A stretch of DNA of 62,838 bases, filler included, from Collodictyon triciliatum (taxonomy: Eukaryota), in the NCBI GenBank assembly GCA_043381765.1. It is 4 parts of 4 records of this genome, joined end to end, with 100 filler letters (N's around TTAATTAATTAA, not from the genome) between each part and the next. Parts side by side here need not be neighbours in the genome. Positions count along the whole stretch, not along the records: positions 1 to 26,198 come from JBHJMP010000566.1; 3 more parts are not named here. One strand, given 5' to 3'. The notes below the pieces were generated by a model that saw only the letters and a list, made by a program, of their open reading frames with translations, was not told where the DNA came from and did no database searches. The first letter of the stretch is position 1, and every line of letters starts with the position of its first letter. Below are positions 14,086 through 25,009 of the stretch, in pieces. The translations under genes and the position numbers were made by a program.

Positions 14086-14380
14086 GAAAAACGGCTGACA
14101 GAATCATTTCTTCATGAAAATAAACGCTCTGTAACTATACTTCGTATCTCAGTACAATTCCAACCCTTGTTTAGTTTCTAATATTTTTTTATTATTGTTA
14201 TTATTGCATACTTTTGCATTAAAACCAATCTAAAAAATAAGGTCAATCTTCTCGACTTTGACCTGCTCACGATGACCACTCCCACCACAAATACCTTTGT
14301 AAACAGCGGACAAGGTTGCAGCGCGCACTTGATTGAATTATACTCACCAGAGCACAGCAAAAAAANNNNNNNNNNNNNNN

Positions 14381-14436
<56 letters not shown>

Positions 14437-15882
14437 GACCGAGGACATTGACATCCCTTTCTTTGTGCAGGGCAACCAGCTTCAACATCATCAAAGTCTG
14501 GAGCCGATTTTCTGCTCGATATTCTTGGAGGTCCGCTTGTCCAACCAACACAAAGCTTTCCCGTCGCCGCCCCAGTCATTCCGCTCGTCTCTTCACAGCC
14601 CGCATTCAATCCCCTTACAGCGCCTCAGATGGGCTCCGTGATGATGCCGATGATGCCGATGCCTGCCCTTCATCCACAACCAAGTCACGCTATCCCGGCT
14701 GCTCCTACTGCAGTCAATTCAGCCACGTTACAACCTGCTGTCTCGCCATATGACTTGGGCTTCCTGCTCCCAACTTCAACCCCACCTACAAACACGGTTA
14801 TGACACCTTCTGTGCCGGCTTATCTTCAACCCAATCCGTACGCAGGCTCAGCACCATTGATACCTACCCAACCAATGGCGCCGCTTGGTCAGAGCGCAAT
14901 CGCCCCAACGGTCTCAGCACCAATACAGAGCATGCCAGCTCCAGTGTTGCAAAGTATCTTGCTTGATTCTGAATATAAATAGGCACTTTATCTATTTCAT
15001 TTTCCTTATCTTTGATTTTATTTTCTTTTTCATTTCTAATGCTCGTTAGAATTTATGGTCTATAAAATAGAAAAGTATGTCTCACTTTCAGACGATTGAA
15101 ATAGCTCTTGTCCCTATTTCTTCCTTTTGAACAGCAAATCCAAACTCTTCAATCGTGGCATACCAGAAAGATGTTCTCTCTATCACATTTGACCTCCAGA
15201 AATCTGCCATCGACGCTAGCCAAACGGTCATTACCGCAAAGTTTGCAAACTCCTCTGTTGTCGAGCTCGCTAACTTTGTCTTCCAAGTCGCAGTTCCAAA
15301 GGTGGGTCAATCAACATTTTTTTGCTATTGAAGGGAAATGAGGCCTAAATTAATTCTTAAGCTGCAGCAATCGCTCTCTTCCTTTCCTTTTTGTTTCTCC
15401 TCTTTCTCCTTTTTTTTCTTCTTCGATACCTCAACATGAAATCAACACGTAGTTCATTGTAAGTGACATGCTTTATTCTCCTCCCCACAAAAATTCTATG
15501 AAAAATAAACAATCAAGTACCTGCAAATGAAAATCGGCAATCCATCCGGCCGCTCCATCCCCGCGCAAGGCTTCATCACACAGCAAATACAAATCACAAA
15601 CACTCTCCACACACAAGTACACAGCAACATACATACATACATACATACATACATACATACATACATACATACATACATACATACATACATACATACATAC
15701 ATACATACATACATACATACATACATACAATTACGCTAAATCACCAAGAAAACAGCAAAGCAACTAAACTGCGTATTCCATCCCAGAAACCGCTGCTCAT
15801 GAAGGCAAAGGTAAACTACGCAATCAACTCCAGCCCTGTGCAAGACCAATTCGACGTAGCAAACTTCCCACACGGATTCTGA
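10053..15882 (+). CDS. AP1G1: AP-1 complex subunit gamma (gamma-adaptin), many exons
   Basis: [70 protein letters not shown]; Pro-rich hinge at ~14470-14950; gamma-ear ending [23 protein letters not shown] (TGA 15880-15882). Confidence 0.96.
15627..15729. repeat. (ACAT)n microsatellite in the last intron of AP1G1
   Basis: Direct reading. Confidence 0.95.
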
Positions 15883-16296
15883 GCCTCCTACAAGCACAAA
15901 AGGCACACCATTTTCCATTGCCGACAACGAGAGAAACCTATCAAGACAACATTAAAAAAAAAACCAAAAGAGAAAAAAATGAGAATAATAAGAAAAAGAA
16001 AAAGGTTTTTTTTTTCCTTTATTCGATTCAAAGAAAAAAGAAAAAGAAAAAGGTTGAATAAAAGAGACAGCTTACCGCACGCCGACAGCACTCACCAACC
16101 ACAGGAAAGCCGGGTCCTGCTATTACGATATCACAAGCCTTTTGTTTTTATTTTTATTTATTTATTTGATGCTGGGAGAAAGAGAGGAGGTGGGGAGGGC
16201 ACGTGGGTGAGAAGTGGGGGCAGACACAGCAAGCCAAGCGCCTCTCATCACCAGCACACTTCGAATCTTTTCCTTCCCGACCGCCCAAGCAGCACA

Positions 16297-19200
16297 TCAC
16301 TGGCCGGCAAGGAAGCGCTTGTTGAGCAGCGCGGGGGCATAGACCGGCCCTTGGGCAGCGCGGCCCGCGAGATGGAGCCAGTCGCGCGATTGGAGTAGGT
16401 CGCGAGACACAGCACGGCCCGCACGATGGGCCGCAGCCAGAGAGTTTTGAGCCGGGGCGTGGCCGTTCCATGCGGCTCTCCGGATCCACACGAGGCCGTC
16501 GTCCTTGCTTGCACCCTTGCCGCCGGGTGCATCGCAAAGAAGCCCGCTCTCTGGACAAAGGCCGCCCAGCAGGCAGACTCCGAGATTGTACTGCGCCGCA
16601 GCACACCCGCCGTGGGCCGAGACCCAGAGCCACAGAACAGCGGCCTGTCGATTGCGCTCCACGCCAAGCCCTGCAAGAAGCATCCGCGCCGCATTGAATG
16701 CACCGTTCTCGTCTCCGTGCTGGGCGGACCGCAGATACCACTGGTACGCCTCCGACAGATTCCGCACAGCCCCGATGCCGTTCTCAAAGCACTGCCCAAC
16801 AAGATTCTCGGCGCCTGCGTGTCCGCTCTTTGCCGCCTGCGCCAGCGCGTGGGCCGCCTCAGACTGGATTTCTGTGCGTGCATCGGCCGTAATCCCCGGC
16901 ACCTTGGCAAAATGCTCCAGAAGGAGAAGCCCGTACACCACATATGCTGGCACGTAGTCCTCGTTCACCAACTCCCGCAGGAGATTCTGTGCGGCAACGG
17001 CGTCGGTCGCCAAAAGGCGGAGCGCGCACATCCACCGGTCATGGCTGCTCGTTTTCTGGCCCACGATATGTTTGTTTGGAGGAAGAGACTCAAGTATGGA
17101 TATTTGGTCGATGGTAAGCTTTGACAACTCGCTTCCTTTACCCTCATGAACTTCCGCCTCTGCTAAGCCCGCTAGACCCGAGCCAACCCCAATCTCAGCC
17201 TCGTACAAAGACCGAATGAAGGGGTCTGTGATAACCCCTTCCTTTGCGATTGCCAGACGAAGGGACGTGCTCACATTCACCAACGATTCATCAGTAGGCG
17301 AGTAAAACAGACCCTTTCGAACAATTCTGACCCAGAGGCGATATGCTCCGATGTGTCCTTTTTGCATGGCTGTGTGGAGATGCTTCACAGCCAGCTCTTG
17401 GTTAAAGAAGCGCGGGTCTCCATGGGCCATAGAATAAATGCGACCCAGTCTATAGTGCGCCTCTGTACGGTATGGCCCAGTGGGCCTCTGTACCGTGACA
17501 CCAGACTTCCAAGGAAATATGTCGGATGATGGTCCTGATAAGCACGGCTCGGATGGTCCGCAGAGGGACGAGATGGATGGATGCGCATATCCTCCACAGC
17601 CAGCTTCTTTTTTGTTTGTATCGTCTGCTTGAATTACTCGTTTGAACCATTCGCAGGCCTTAGAAAGGTCTCTTTTCTCTATCCCTTGTCCTGTTTCCAG
17701 AATACACGCTCCCCAAAACAGGCTAACAGCTCCAGCGTCACTTAGGTCCATTTGCTGCAAGACTTCCCATGCTTCTTTGAACTTTTTTCCCATGTAATGG
17801 CTCCTTGCCAGCCATTCTAAACTGCGTTTAAGTTTTAACTCTACGCCACGCATTCGCCACTGTGTTGCTTGTTCAAACATGGGTCCGATTTCTCCAATTC
17901 CATGTTCGTAGAGACGCGCCAAAGTGTCGATTGCATCTGCATGGTTTAGTTGCGCAGCACACTTCATCCAAGTGATGGCATCGGCAAAGTACTTGCTTGT
18001 CCATGCAGATGTCTTTGGGAGGGAGTTTGCTAGCGCGTAGTACAGCATCCCTAACTCGTACATGCAATCCACATTCTTACTTACCAATGCACCTTTTTTG
18101 AAGAGAATCTCCACCTCGCGGTATTCCTCATGCATTTCATCTCCAGTAGAAAGTGTGCGCATACGTTCCCATGAGCGTGCTAACAAGCACCTGGCCTTCA
18201 GCAACAAATCTGCCCCATCCTTTTCGTCTGGTAGGAAGCAAAAAGGTGCTTGAGCTACAAACTCCGAGAAGAGTCTCGCTTTTTCCAAGTCAAACAGGGC
18301 CCCAAGGCCGTACAAATGCCCATATGCCATGTAAAACCCAGCCTCGTGTAATCCCTCTTGATGAAGCTCGTGCAAAAAGGAGAAGGTTTGGTCGGTGAAA
18401 AGGTCGGCTTGAACGATGGGTGGCCCATTTGAAGAAGGTGGGGTGGTCGTTGCAGATAATAAGGAAGATGCATATTTATGTCCTATCCATCGCCCCAGCT
18501 TACTATCAAGGGTAATGGAGAGTTGAATATGCTCTGCAGCACTGGGCAAATCTGTGGATAATCCCCACCCGTGCAGGTAGCACAGACCGAGATATGCAAT
18601 AGCATCTGGGTGGTTAGAAAGGGAGAGGGTGCTCAAATTGGATACGGCTTCCATGCTACCCCTTTTTGCTGCCAGTGCGTAAAAGCGAGCAGCGAGGCTA
18701 AGTTGTGAATAAGAGCCTTGGGTCGTGTATACTGTTTGCCACATTGGGTTTGATGCCGCAATCTCGTAATTGATACCTAGTTGATTGGCAGCACTGGCAT
18801 GCCCAAGCCTCACTGATTCGCACAATAGAGAAAATCCTTTTTGTATGCCCGTCGTTGAAGAACCACTAGAGTGGGAGTAGGACAAGCCAGCAAGATAAAA
18901 CGCCTCTGCAATTCCTTGCAAATCAAACTGGGATGCCGAATACATGAAATCCTTTGCGTTTAAGTTGCACAGATGCTCTAGAATTTCTAAGCGATCAGAC
19001 AGGTGTGATAGGGCTGATGCTGATCTCCCTGTCTTGATATATGCAGCGAGGGCAAGAGATACGTTGATGCTGGGCAGAACACCGGGTAATGGGTGGCTCA
19101 AACAAGCGCCAACCTTAAGCATCCTGTACGCCTCATCTGTATCATGCTTCACATGTATGCCTTCATCGTATAAGAGGGCCAGTATATAAGCCGCCTCCGA

Positions 19201-20973
19201 CACAATTACGTCATTAGGCATGTCAGGTAATCCTGCTTGATGAAGGAAGGGAATCGCTCGATCTATATCCCTCGGGGTCCCAATTCCATTCAAATGACAA
19301 AGAGCACACATGTACGCAGCGTACTTTGATTGAGGGAAAAGTTCGAGTGCTTTCATCGTATTCTGGTATGTTTTATCCTTTTGTTCGGCTTTTCTGTCTT
19401 TATCCTCTGTTGTATGGTATAAAAAAGCAAGCCTAAGCAAGTTTGTAAAGTAGATTGATTTGTCTAGGGCGCAAAGTGAGTCTAGTTTTTCGTTTCGCAT
19501 CTTGTGCTTTGTGATCAAATCTATAACCATCTGAGTATACTTTGCAGCATCACTCGTGTTCCTGGCAATTCCATTTCCAAACTCCGCCATATCCGCCAAT
19601 CGAGTCAATGTATCGATGTGTAAACCACTATCGATGGAATCTATGTCGGCACCAGACAAATCTGTCTTTGATATTGTATGGTAGAATTTCATGTAGTGAC
19701 TATAAGCTGTGTGCATTTGAGTTGAATCAACGCCCAGTCCGTACTCATACATGTGCCCCAGCCATGAATGTGCTTCGACAACGCCCCTTCTGGAAAGTTC
19801 GCTCCAATACAAAAATGAGTCCTCAAACGATACAACACCCTCTGGCGGTGATGTGATGCCTCTCGCCTTCGAGTGCCCAGGCTCGGGAGAATGGGCCAAC
19901 TCAGGATGTATGTGTGGCCATTGAGCCAGAAGCATGAGGGACTCTGTATCTTGAGAATAAAAGGCTGCTTTGTGCAAGGCTGACAGAACAACGTGTCTGT
20001 CTCTAGGGGATGATACAGAGAACATCGATAGGATATTAGGGTTTGATTCGTCACTAACTGACGCATTTTGAATCGCTTGTATAGTAAGATTAGGCTTATC
20101 GATCAGCGCTTGATAGATTGCCGTGACAACGCGATTCAGAATTGCAGGGACTTCCCAACGACTCCCAAGCTGAATTAGCTGTGTTTTTTCCTTGGGATCG
20201 ACAAGTCGTTGGCACAGATACGGAATGGCCATCACAAGTCCTGCATCTAGCGCCTTTTTCCAGTATGCGACGGCTTTGTCATTGGCCTCCTCACTTGGGC
20301 CGGACATGATTGCATCCAAGGCCAGAACATGGTTGGAGAGGGCGTCTCCTTCTTGGGCTGCAAACTCTGCTGTGGAACGGAAAGGTAGGTCCAGTGTTTT
20401 CTGATGTGTCAGGAGGATGTGGGCGATGATTCCCATGGCCTTCAAACCAAGAGCCTTGCGCAAAGAGCGGCCGGTCAAAGCCAGCGGCAGAAGCCAGGCG
20501 ATGGCTGAGACGAGGCCGTCGTTGTAGTCCACTGCTGAGTCGAAGGCGAGCGAATCAACTGCCGGGCGATCGAACGGCCGCTCCAAATGTGCAGCGTAGC
20601 GGATGTGCTGCACAGCAACAAGCATATGGCTCGGGAATACAGTACGCACCGTGGCGTTGGAAACGGTGGTCCAGTTTACGTCAGACAGGAGAGGCTGCGT
20701 CAGAGAAGAGTCCGAGGCAGGTGCAGAAAAGACGGCCGAAAGCAACGTCTCTGGATCGACGGCGAAGGGATGCGCAGTCCAGCCAGGATGGCGGCGGGCT
20801 AAGTCCAGCAGAAGAGATTCTTCGGGCTGCAGAGTCGGGAAGTCAGCCGCCAGGTCTTTGTTGTCCAGCTCCCAAAACTCCACAAGACGGAGGCTGGAGG
20901 AAACTAAGAGCTGCTGCGTTGGGGCTGGTAGGCCGTATTGTGCAAGGAGGCCGGCGAGCGTGATCGGGCTCAT
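16297..20973 (-). CDS. Large intronless Sel1-like repeat protein (~1558 aa)
   Basis: Uninterrupted ORF with many SLR units (AHSWLGHMYEYGLGV; ALCHLNGIGTPRDIDRA; AENLVGQCFENGIGAVRNLSEAYQWYLRSAQHG; AAQYNLGVCLL). ATG 20973 (MSPITL) is chosen because the upstream in-frame extension runs through a (TTTTG)n repeat. Confidence 0.9.
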   Translation of the reverse strand: MSPITLAGLLAQYGLPAPTQQLLVSSSLRLVEFWELDNKDLAADFPTLQPEESLLLDLARRHPGWTAHPFAVDPETLLSAVFSAPASDSSLTQPLLSDVNWTTVSNATVRTVFPSHMLVAVQHIRYAAHLERPFDRPAVDSLAFDSAVDYNDGLVSAIAWLLPLALTGRSLRKALGLKAMGIIAHILLTHQKTLDLPFRSTAEFAAQEGDALSNHVLALDAIMSGPSEEANDKAVAYWKKALDAGLVMAIPYLCQRLVDPKEKTQLIQLGSRWEVPAILNRVVTAIYQALIDKPNLTIQAIQNASVSDESNPNILSMFSVSSPRDRHVVLSALHKAAFYSQDTESLMLLAQWPHIHPELAHSPEPGHSKARGITSPPEGVVSFEDSFLYWSELSRRGVVEAHSWLGHMYEYGLGVDSTQMHTAYSHYMKFYHTISKTDLSGADIDSIDSGLHIDTLTRLADMAEFGNGIARNTSDAAKYTQMVIDLITKHKMRNEKLDSLCALDKSIYFTNLLRLAFLYHTTEDKDRKAEQKDKTYQNTMKALELFPQSKYAAYMCALCHLNGIGTPRDIDRAIPFLHQAGLPDMPNDVIVSEAAYILALLYDEGIHVKHDTDEAYRMLKVGACLSHPLPGVLPSINVSLALAAYIKTGRSASALSHLSDRLEILEHLCNLNAKDFMYSASQFDLQGIAEAFYLAGLSYSHSSGSSTTGIQKGFSLLCESVRLGHASAANQLGINYEIAASNPMWQTVYTTQGSYSQLSLAARFYALAAKRGSMEAVSNLSTLSLSNHPDAIAYLGLCYLHGWGLSTDLPSAAEHIQLSITLDSKLGRWIGHKYASSLLSATTTPPSSNGPPIVQADLFTDQTFSFLHELHQEGLHEAGFYMAYGHLYGLGALFDLEKARLFSEFVAQAPFCFLPDEKDGADLLLKARCLLARSWERMRTLSTGDEMHEEYREVEILFKKGALVSKNVDCMYELGMLYYALANSLPKTSAWTSKYFADAITWMKCAAQLNHADAIDTLARLYEHGIGEIGPMFEQATQWRMRGVELKLKRSLEWLARSHYMGKKFKEAWEVLQQMDLSDAGAVSLFWGACILETGQGIEKRDLSKACEWFKRVIQADDTNKKEAGCGGYAHPSISSLCGPSEPCLSGPSSDIFPWKSGVTVQRPTGPYRTEAHYRLGRIYSMAHGDPRFFNQELAVKHLHTAMQKGHIGAYRLWVRIVRKGLFYSPTDESLVNVSTSLRLAIAKEGVITDPFIRSLYEAEIGVGSGLAGLAEAEVHEGKGSELSKLTIDQISILESLPPNKHIVGQKTSSHDRWMCALRLLATDAVAAQNLLRELVNEDYVPAYVVYGLLLLEHFAKVPGITADARTEIQSEAAHALAQAAKSGHAGAENLVGQCFENGIGAVRNLSEAYQWYLRSAQHGDENGAFNAARMLLAGLGVERNRQAAVLWLWVSAHGGCAAAQYNLGVCLLGGLCPESGLLCDAPGGKGASKDDGLVWIRRAAWNGHAPAQNSLAAAHRAGRAVSRDLLQSRDWLHLAGRAAQGPVYAPALLNKRFLAGQ

Positions 20974-21942
20974 ATGTTTGGCTCTCTGGATGTCTTTGAT
21001 CTTGTCGTGAGGCAGGTTTTTTTTTGTTTGTTTTTGTTTGTTTTTGTTTGTTTTTGTTTGTTTTTGTTTGTTTTTTTGTTTTTTGTTGTTACCAATCTCC
21101 GAAATTGACTCAAGGACAAGTTTTATTGGTCTGCGCGGCCTGAGTTCGCCTCGCTCGATTTTTTTGTTTCTTTGTTTTTGTTTTTCTATAGCACCAGTCT
21201 GCAAAATGACTGGTCGACTAGCTCTATGTAATAAGTTCTCAACATTCATAACCTCGATTAGAGTCTTGCTAGACGCTGCCTTCTGCGGGTAATGGTGATA
21301 TTTGCACAGTGCAATCAACTAGTGTTAATTTTTCCGTCCTTTTTTTCCCCTCTCCTTTTACACTCTGCGCATATATATCATAATCATAAGGAGCAGTGCC
21401 TTACCACAAAGAGTATTGCTGAGTAAGGGGTTGAAGTAGGTTGGATTTAATCAAGAATCAAAGCCCTCATACTTACATCTTGATTTATTTATCCTCTTGT
21501 GCTTCACCCGTTTTGTGTAATTCAATCATTCAACCAAGTTAGCTATATGTATTGTATCTACGTGGAGAACCAATATTTATTCATCCTTTGGATGATAAAT
21601 GCGAGAGGAGGATGAACCTTAAATCTAGAATCTAATGAAAAAATATTTAATTCAGAATTCCCTTATGGTGGTTATGATAACAATAATGACAATAACAATG
21701 ATAACAATATAACAACATTTCTAATGCTAACGGAGGAAATAGCTCGTGTTGTCTTATGACCGAAGGATTGAGAATACATAATGTGCAGCCATACACATAC
21801 AGATATGAATGATAAGCTTTGTTTTTTTCTTTTCATTTTTCATTTTTCAGCTTTATTTTGCTTCAGTTTGATGTGAAAATACGTTATATTCGAAGTCTCC
21901 ACGATATGCATGAAGACTTCTGCATGTAGTTTGCATATGCAT

Positions 21943-23670
21943 CTAATGCAACTCCAAAGCGTCGTACACCTCCTTTGTTCGTCGTTTGAGCTCGTCATGA
22001 TATCTGAGAATCCAATTATCTTCATCTTTCAAACGCTTCCCGTACTTGATTCCATCTTTCCATTCTTTGTTCAATTCCTCTGTCGTCCTGTTCAAGGCCC
22101 GGGCCGCTCTAGGGCCTTTCCGCCTTTCTATGTACTCCGAATATGTTCGATATCGATAGTGATAATTTCTAAGCAGGCGAGTGTCTGTTGCCGAGCTTGC
22201 TAATTTCCCACCAATGTCTTTTTTCATTCTGACGTAGTGGGGGCCATAGTTTTGCATCCCAGCCGCCATTTCTGCTTTGATGGTTGATTTAGGGTAGTTT
22301 GACGAAGGTTTTGTAGTGTAGTGGCACAGTTCCATCATAAGGTCGTACCTGCCTCTTGTCTGATTACCACACGGCCCGAATGTCGTCCACTCAATATGGA
22401 TATAGTCATTTTCTTTGTGCTTTTTATTTAAGACAGTTGAAACATTTGAGAACTTGGGGCTAGGAACAATAAACTCGTCCACATCTATCAAACTCATCCA
22501 CTTTGTTGTGTTTCCATACCGATTAATACAATCCGTATATGCCTCGGTTTGTGAATGTAGCATCCCCCACTTCTTTCGTATGACAGTTCCTTCGTAATGC
22601 TTGGTTACACTCTCCATCACCACATCAGGCTCATCAGAGGGATTGTTGTCGTATAAAATAAATCGCTCATATCCCATCATCCGATGAAACTCAATCCATT
22701 CAATGAGGTTATGGCCTTCCTTTCTTACAATCGCGCAAATGGATAGGCTGACATAAGGTAAGTTGGTGACAGGGGAATCGATAAGCAATGGAGCTGGGAT
22801 GGACATTATTTCTGGATTGTAAGCAAGCTGAATGTTAGTGCTGTTTGTAATCTTAATACTCGGCCTAGGGCAGTACGCAAAGCTTGCATCTCCAGGACGG
22901 GCAACACCCACTTCAAAGGTATCCTTCTCCTCATCAGAGTAGATGCAGTATAATTGATTGCATTTGTCTGAATATAAAGAGTTTGGCAAGTAAAAAGCAA
23001 TAACAGTCAAGAACTTTGGTATGTGAGATTTTAAAATGGTCTGAACCCGGAATGAGCGAGGATTGCGGATGATGAGGTCCAAGGTGTTTTGTGTGAGTGT
23101 TACGTTCGGGATATGGAGGGTTACTTCCTTGCTTGTCCAGGTAAATCCTGTGCAGTCCTTATGCGTCCCCCGCGGGCATATGACAGTAGTCTGATTCGCA
23201 CACATAGCCTTCATCTTGCTGGATGATTTGTAGACTTTTGTAGAGTGCAATGACAGGCGACTAAATGTACAATATGCCTCAGAAGAACATTTTTGCTCAT
23301 CCATCAGCTTAAAATGAACTGGAGGCAAATCCTTTGTCTTGTTGCAGACTTCGACGCAGGAATTATTCGATGTTTGCTCCCAATAGGACGTAAACTTTTC
23401 TTTCGTCCATACATGTACCTGATTCTCGTACTGGGATGTTGCGTTGAGAAGTCGCAGACGAGGTCTCATATGACCAAGTTCGAGGACTTTACGCAAACGG
23501 GGTATATATTCTTGGTGGTTTGTTCTTTTCATTTGTGCAGAAAGCATCTCGCTCGAAAACGACAACATGCCCGCTGATGATTGAAAATCATACCCATGTC
23601 TGAAAAGAAAGCCACTTGCTACGAAGGTGACCAGAAGAACGAGTAAAGCCAGTTGATGTTGGGGGCCCAT
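21943..23670 (-). CDS. Intronless type II membrane glycosyltransferase, GT92 (DUF23)-like GT-A fold, 575 aa
   Basis: N-terminal TM anchor LALLVLLVTFVASGFLF; LSICAIVRKEGHNLIEWIEFHRMMGYERFILYDN; QTEAYTDC; KWMSLIDVDEFIV with a DxD motif; C-terminal NYHYR. Confidence 0.85.
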   Translation of the reverse strand: MGPQHQLALLVLLVTFVASGFLFRHGYDFQSSAGMLSFSSEMLSAQMKRTNHQEYIPRLRKVLELGHMRPRLRLLNATSQYENQVHVWTKEKFTSYWEQTSNNSCVEVCNKTKDLPPVHFKLMDEQKCSSEAYCTFSRLSLHSTKVYKSSSKMKAMCANQTTVICPRGTHKDCTGFTWTSKEVTLHIPNVTLTQNTLDLIIRNPRSFRVQTILKSHIPKFLTVIAFYLPNSLYSDKCNQLYCIYSDEEKDTFEVGVARPGDASFAYCPRPSIKITNSTNIQLAYNPEIMSIPAPLLIDSPVTNLPYVSLSICAIVRKEGHNLIEWIEFHRMMGYERFILYDNNPSDEPDVVMESVTKHYEGTVIRKKWGMLHSQTEAYTDCINRYGNTTKWMSLIDVDEFIVPSPKFSNVSTVLNKKHKENDYIHIEWTTFGPCGNQTRGRYDLMMELCHYTTKPSSNYPKSTIKAEMAAGMQNYGPHYVRMKKDIGGKLASSATDTRLLRNYHYRYRTYSEYIERRKGPRAARALNRTTEELNKEWKDGIKYGKRLKDEDNWILRYHDELKRRTKEVYDALELH

Positions 23671-24855
23671 GTATTATATCAATGACCACGGAGTTATGCT
23701 TCAGGGTTAAATGCTTGCGTGTTTTCCGTCGCTGTTCTCTGCTTATTCTATTTCTCCTACTAGTTTTCCTGTTAGTTTTCCTGTTAGTTTTCCTGTTGAA
23801 TTGAATATGGGTAGTTGTATTTGTATTAATAGGCTGTGTTGTGGCTTGTGAGCAAGCTGCCCCGACTTGATTACTCAAATAAGAAATGAAGAGGAGAGGG
23901 GCATGTCTTCGTGCTTGTGTCCGAGAAAATGATTGTCGTTTTTCACTCCCTTTTTTTTCTTCATCTGTTGGTTTTCTTCGTTTTTAGTTTTTGTTTAGTT
24001 TTTGTTCAGTTTTTGTTTAGTTTTTGTTTAGTTTTTGTTTTTGTTTTTGTTTTTTTGCTTTAATTTTGTTTTGTTTGTTTTTGTTTGTTTTTGTTTGTTT
24101 TTGTTTGTTTTTGTATTTGGGAACAATTTGAAATTATCTTCATAACTAGACTATCTCGACGACTTTTTTTTCCCTTTATTTGTTTCAAAGGTCTCTCTCG
24201 ACGACTTAATTCTGCTGCGGCCACTATAACTGAAACCCCGCCACCCAGCCCACCCCTAGCAAAGCATAAATAAAAACAAGGGTGGACGGAAGCATCCCCA
24301 TTCGAAACCTCTCAGGCAAAACGAGCGGGTAGAGTGTTACTGCAAGGGGAATTCAGGAGAAAACCACAGAAGAAAAGGCTTGTGGGCCGATTATCGAGGG
24401 TGGGACACTTGACTTAAAGTGAAGAAGGATCGGTATATGCCATTTTGTCCTATGTTTGTTTGTGTGGGATGTATCAGGTCACTGGTGGGGTAGGTTCAAA
24501 GAATGAAGAAGTCGAACAGATAAAATGAGCCTATATTCCGTTTTGTTTGGCTTTGGAAAATATCATTTGAGAAGTGGCAAATATATATATATATGTATTG
24601 ATATCAAAATAGTGATGCATCTCCTGGGCGCTTCATGCTTGCGCGTTTTTCTTAAAGGAAAAAAACACATTTTCGTTTTTTTTTCGTGGCCGAAATGGCG
24701 CGTCGAATTGGTGGGGTTGTTCACCATGGTGTTTTTCCGCATTTATCGACCGTTTGTGTTGAGCCTGAGACCTGTGGCTTCGTCTAGGGCAGTTGATGGC
24801 CTTTGCACATTACGTTATGTTTTTTAAAACTAGAAATAGATAGTATAGACTAGAT

Positions 24856-25009
24856 GGGGGAAACCCAAGTCTTTAGATTGATAAACCTGGTTCCCTAGTA
24901 TCCAAGGTCTCGCCACTTTTTTCACATAGGTTGTGTAGTGGTGAAGGCTGCCAGGAAAGACCCGACAGCCTGTTTTTTTAGAGAAAGGTGTATGCATTTT
25001 TTTGAATGA
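24856..25009 (-). ncRNA. Candidate Fanzor omegaRNA scaffold
   Basis: Lies directly 3' of the nuclease ORF. Three back-to-back hairpins at 24945-24971, 24910-24944 and 24883-24910; the first is an 11-bp stem, AGGCUGUCGGG-UCUUU-CCUGGCAGCCU. Confidence 0.55.

Noticed and set aside
16154-17124. Several overlapping 150-230 aa ORFs on both strands
   Set aside because: Shadow ORFs caused by the GC-rich 3' end of the Sel1 gene; no recognisable motifs.
20974-21318. N-terminal extension of the 1673-aa ORF
   Set aside because: It starts at a non-ATG codon and crosses a (TTTTG)n repeat, so it is probably 5' UTR.
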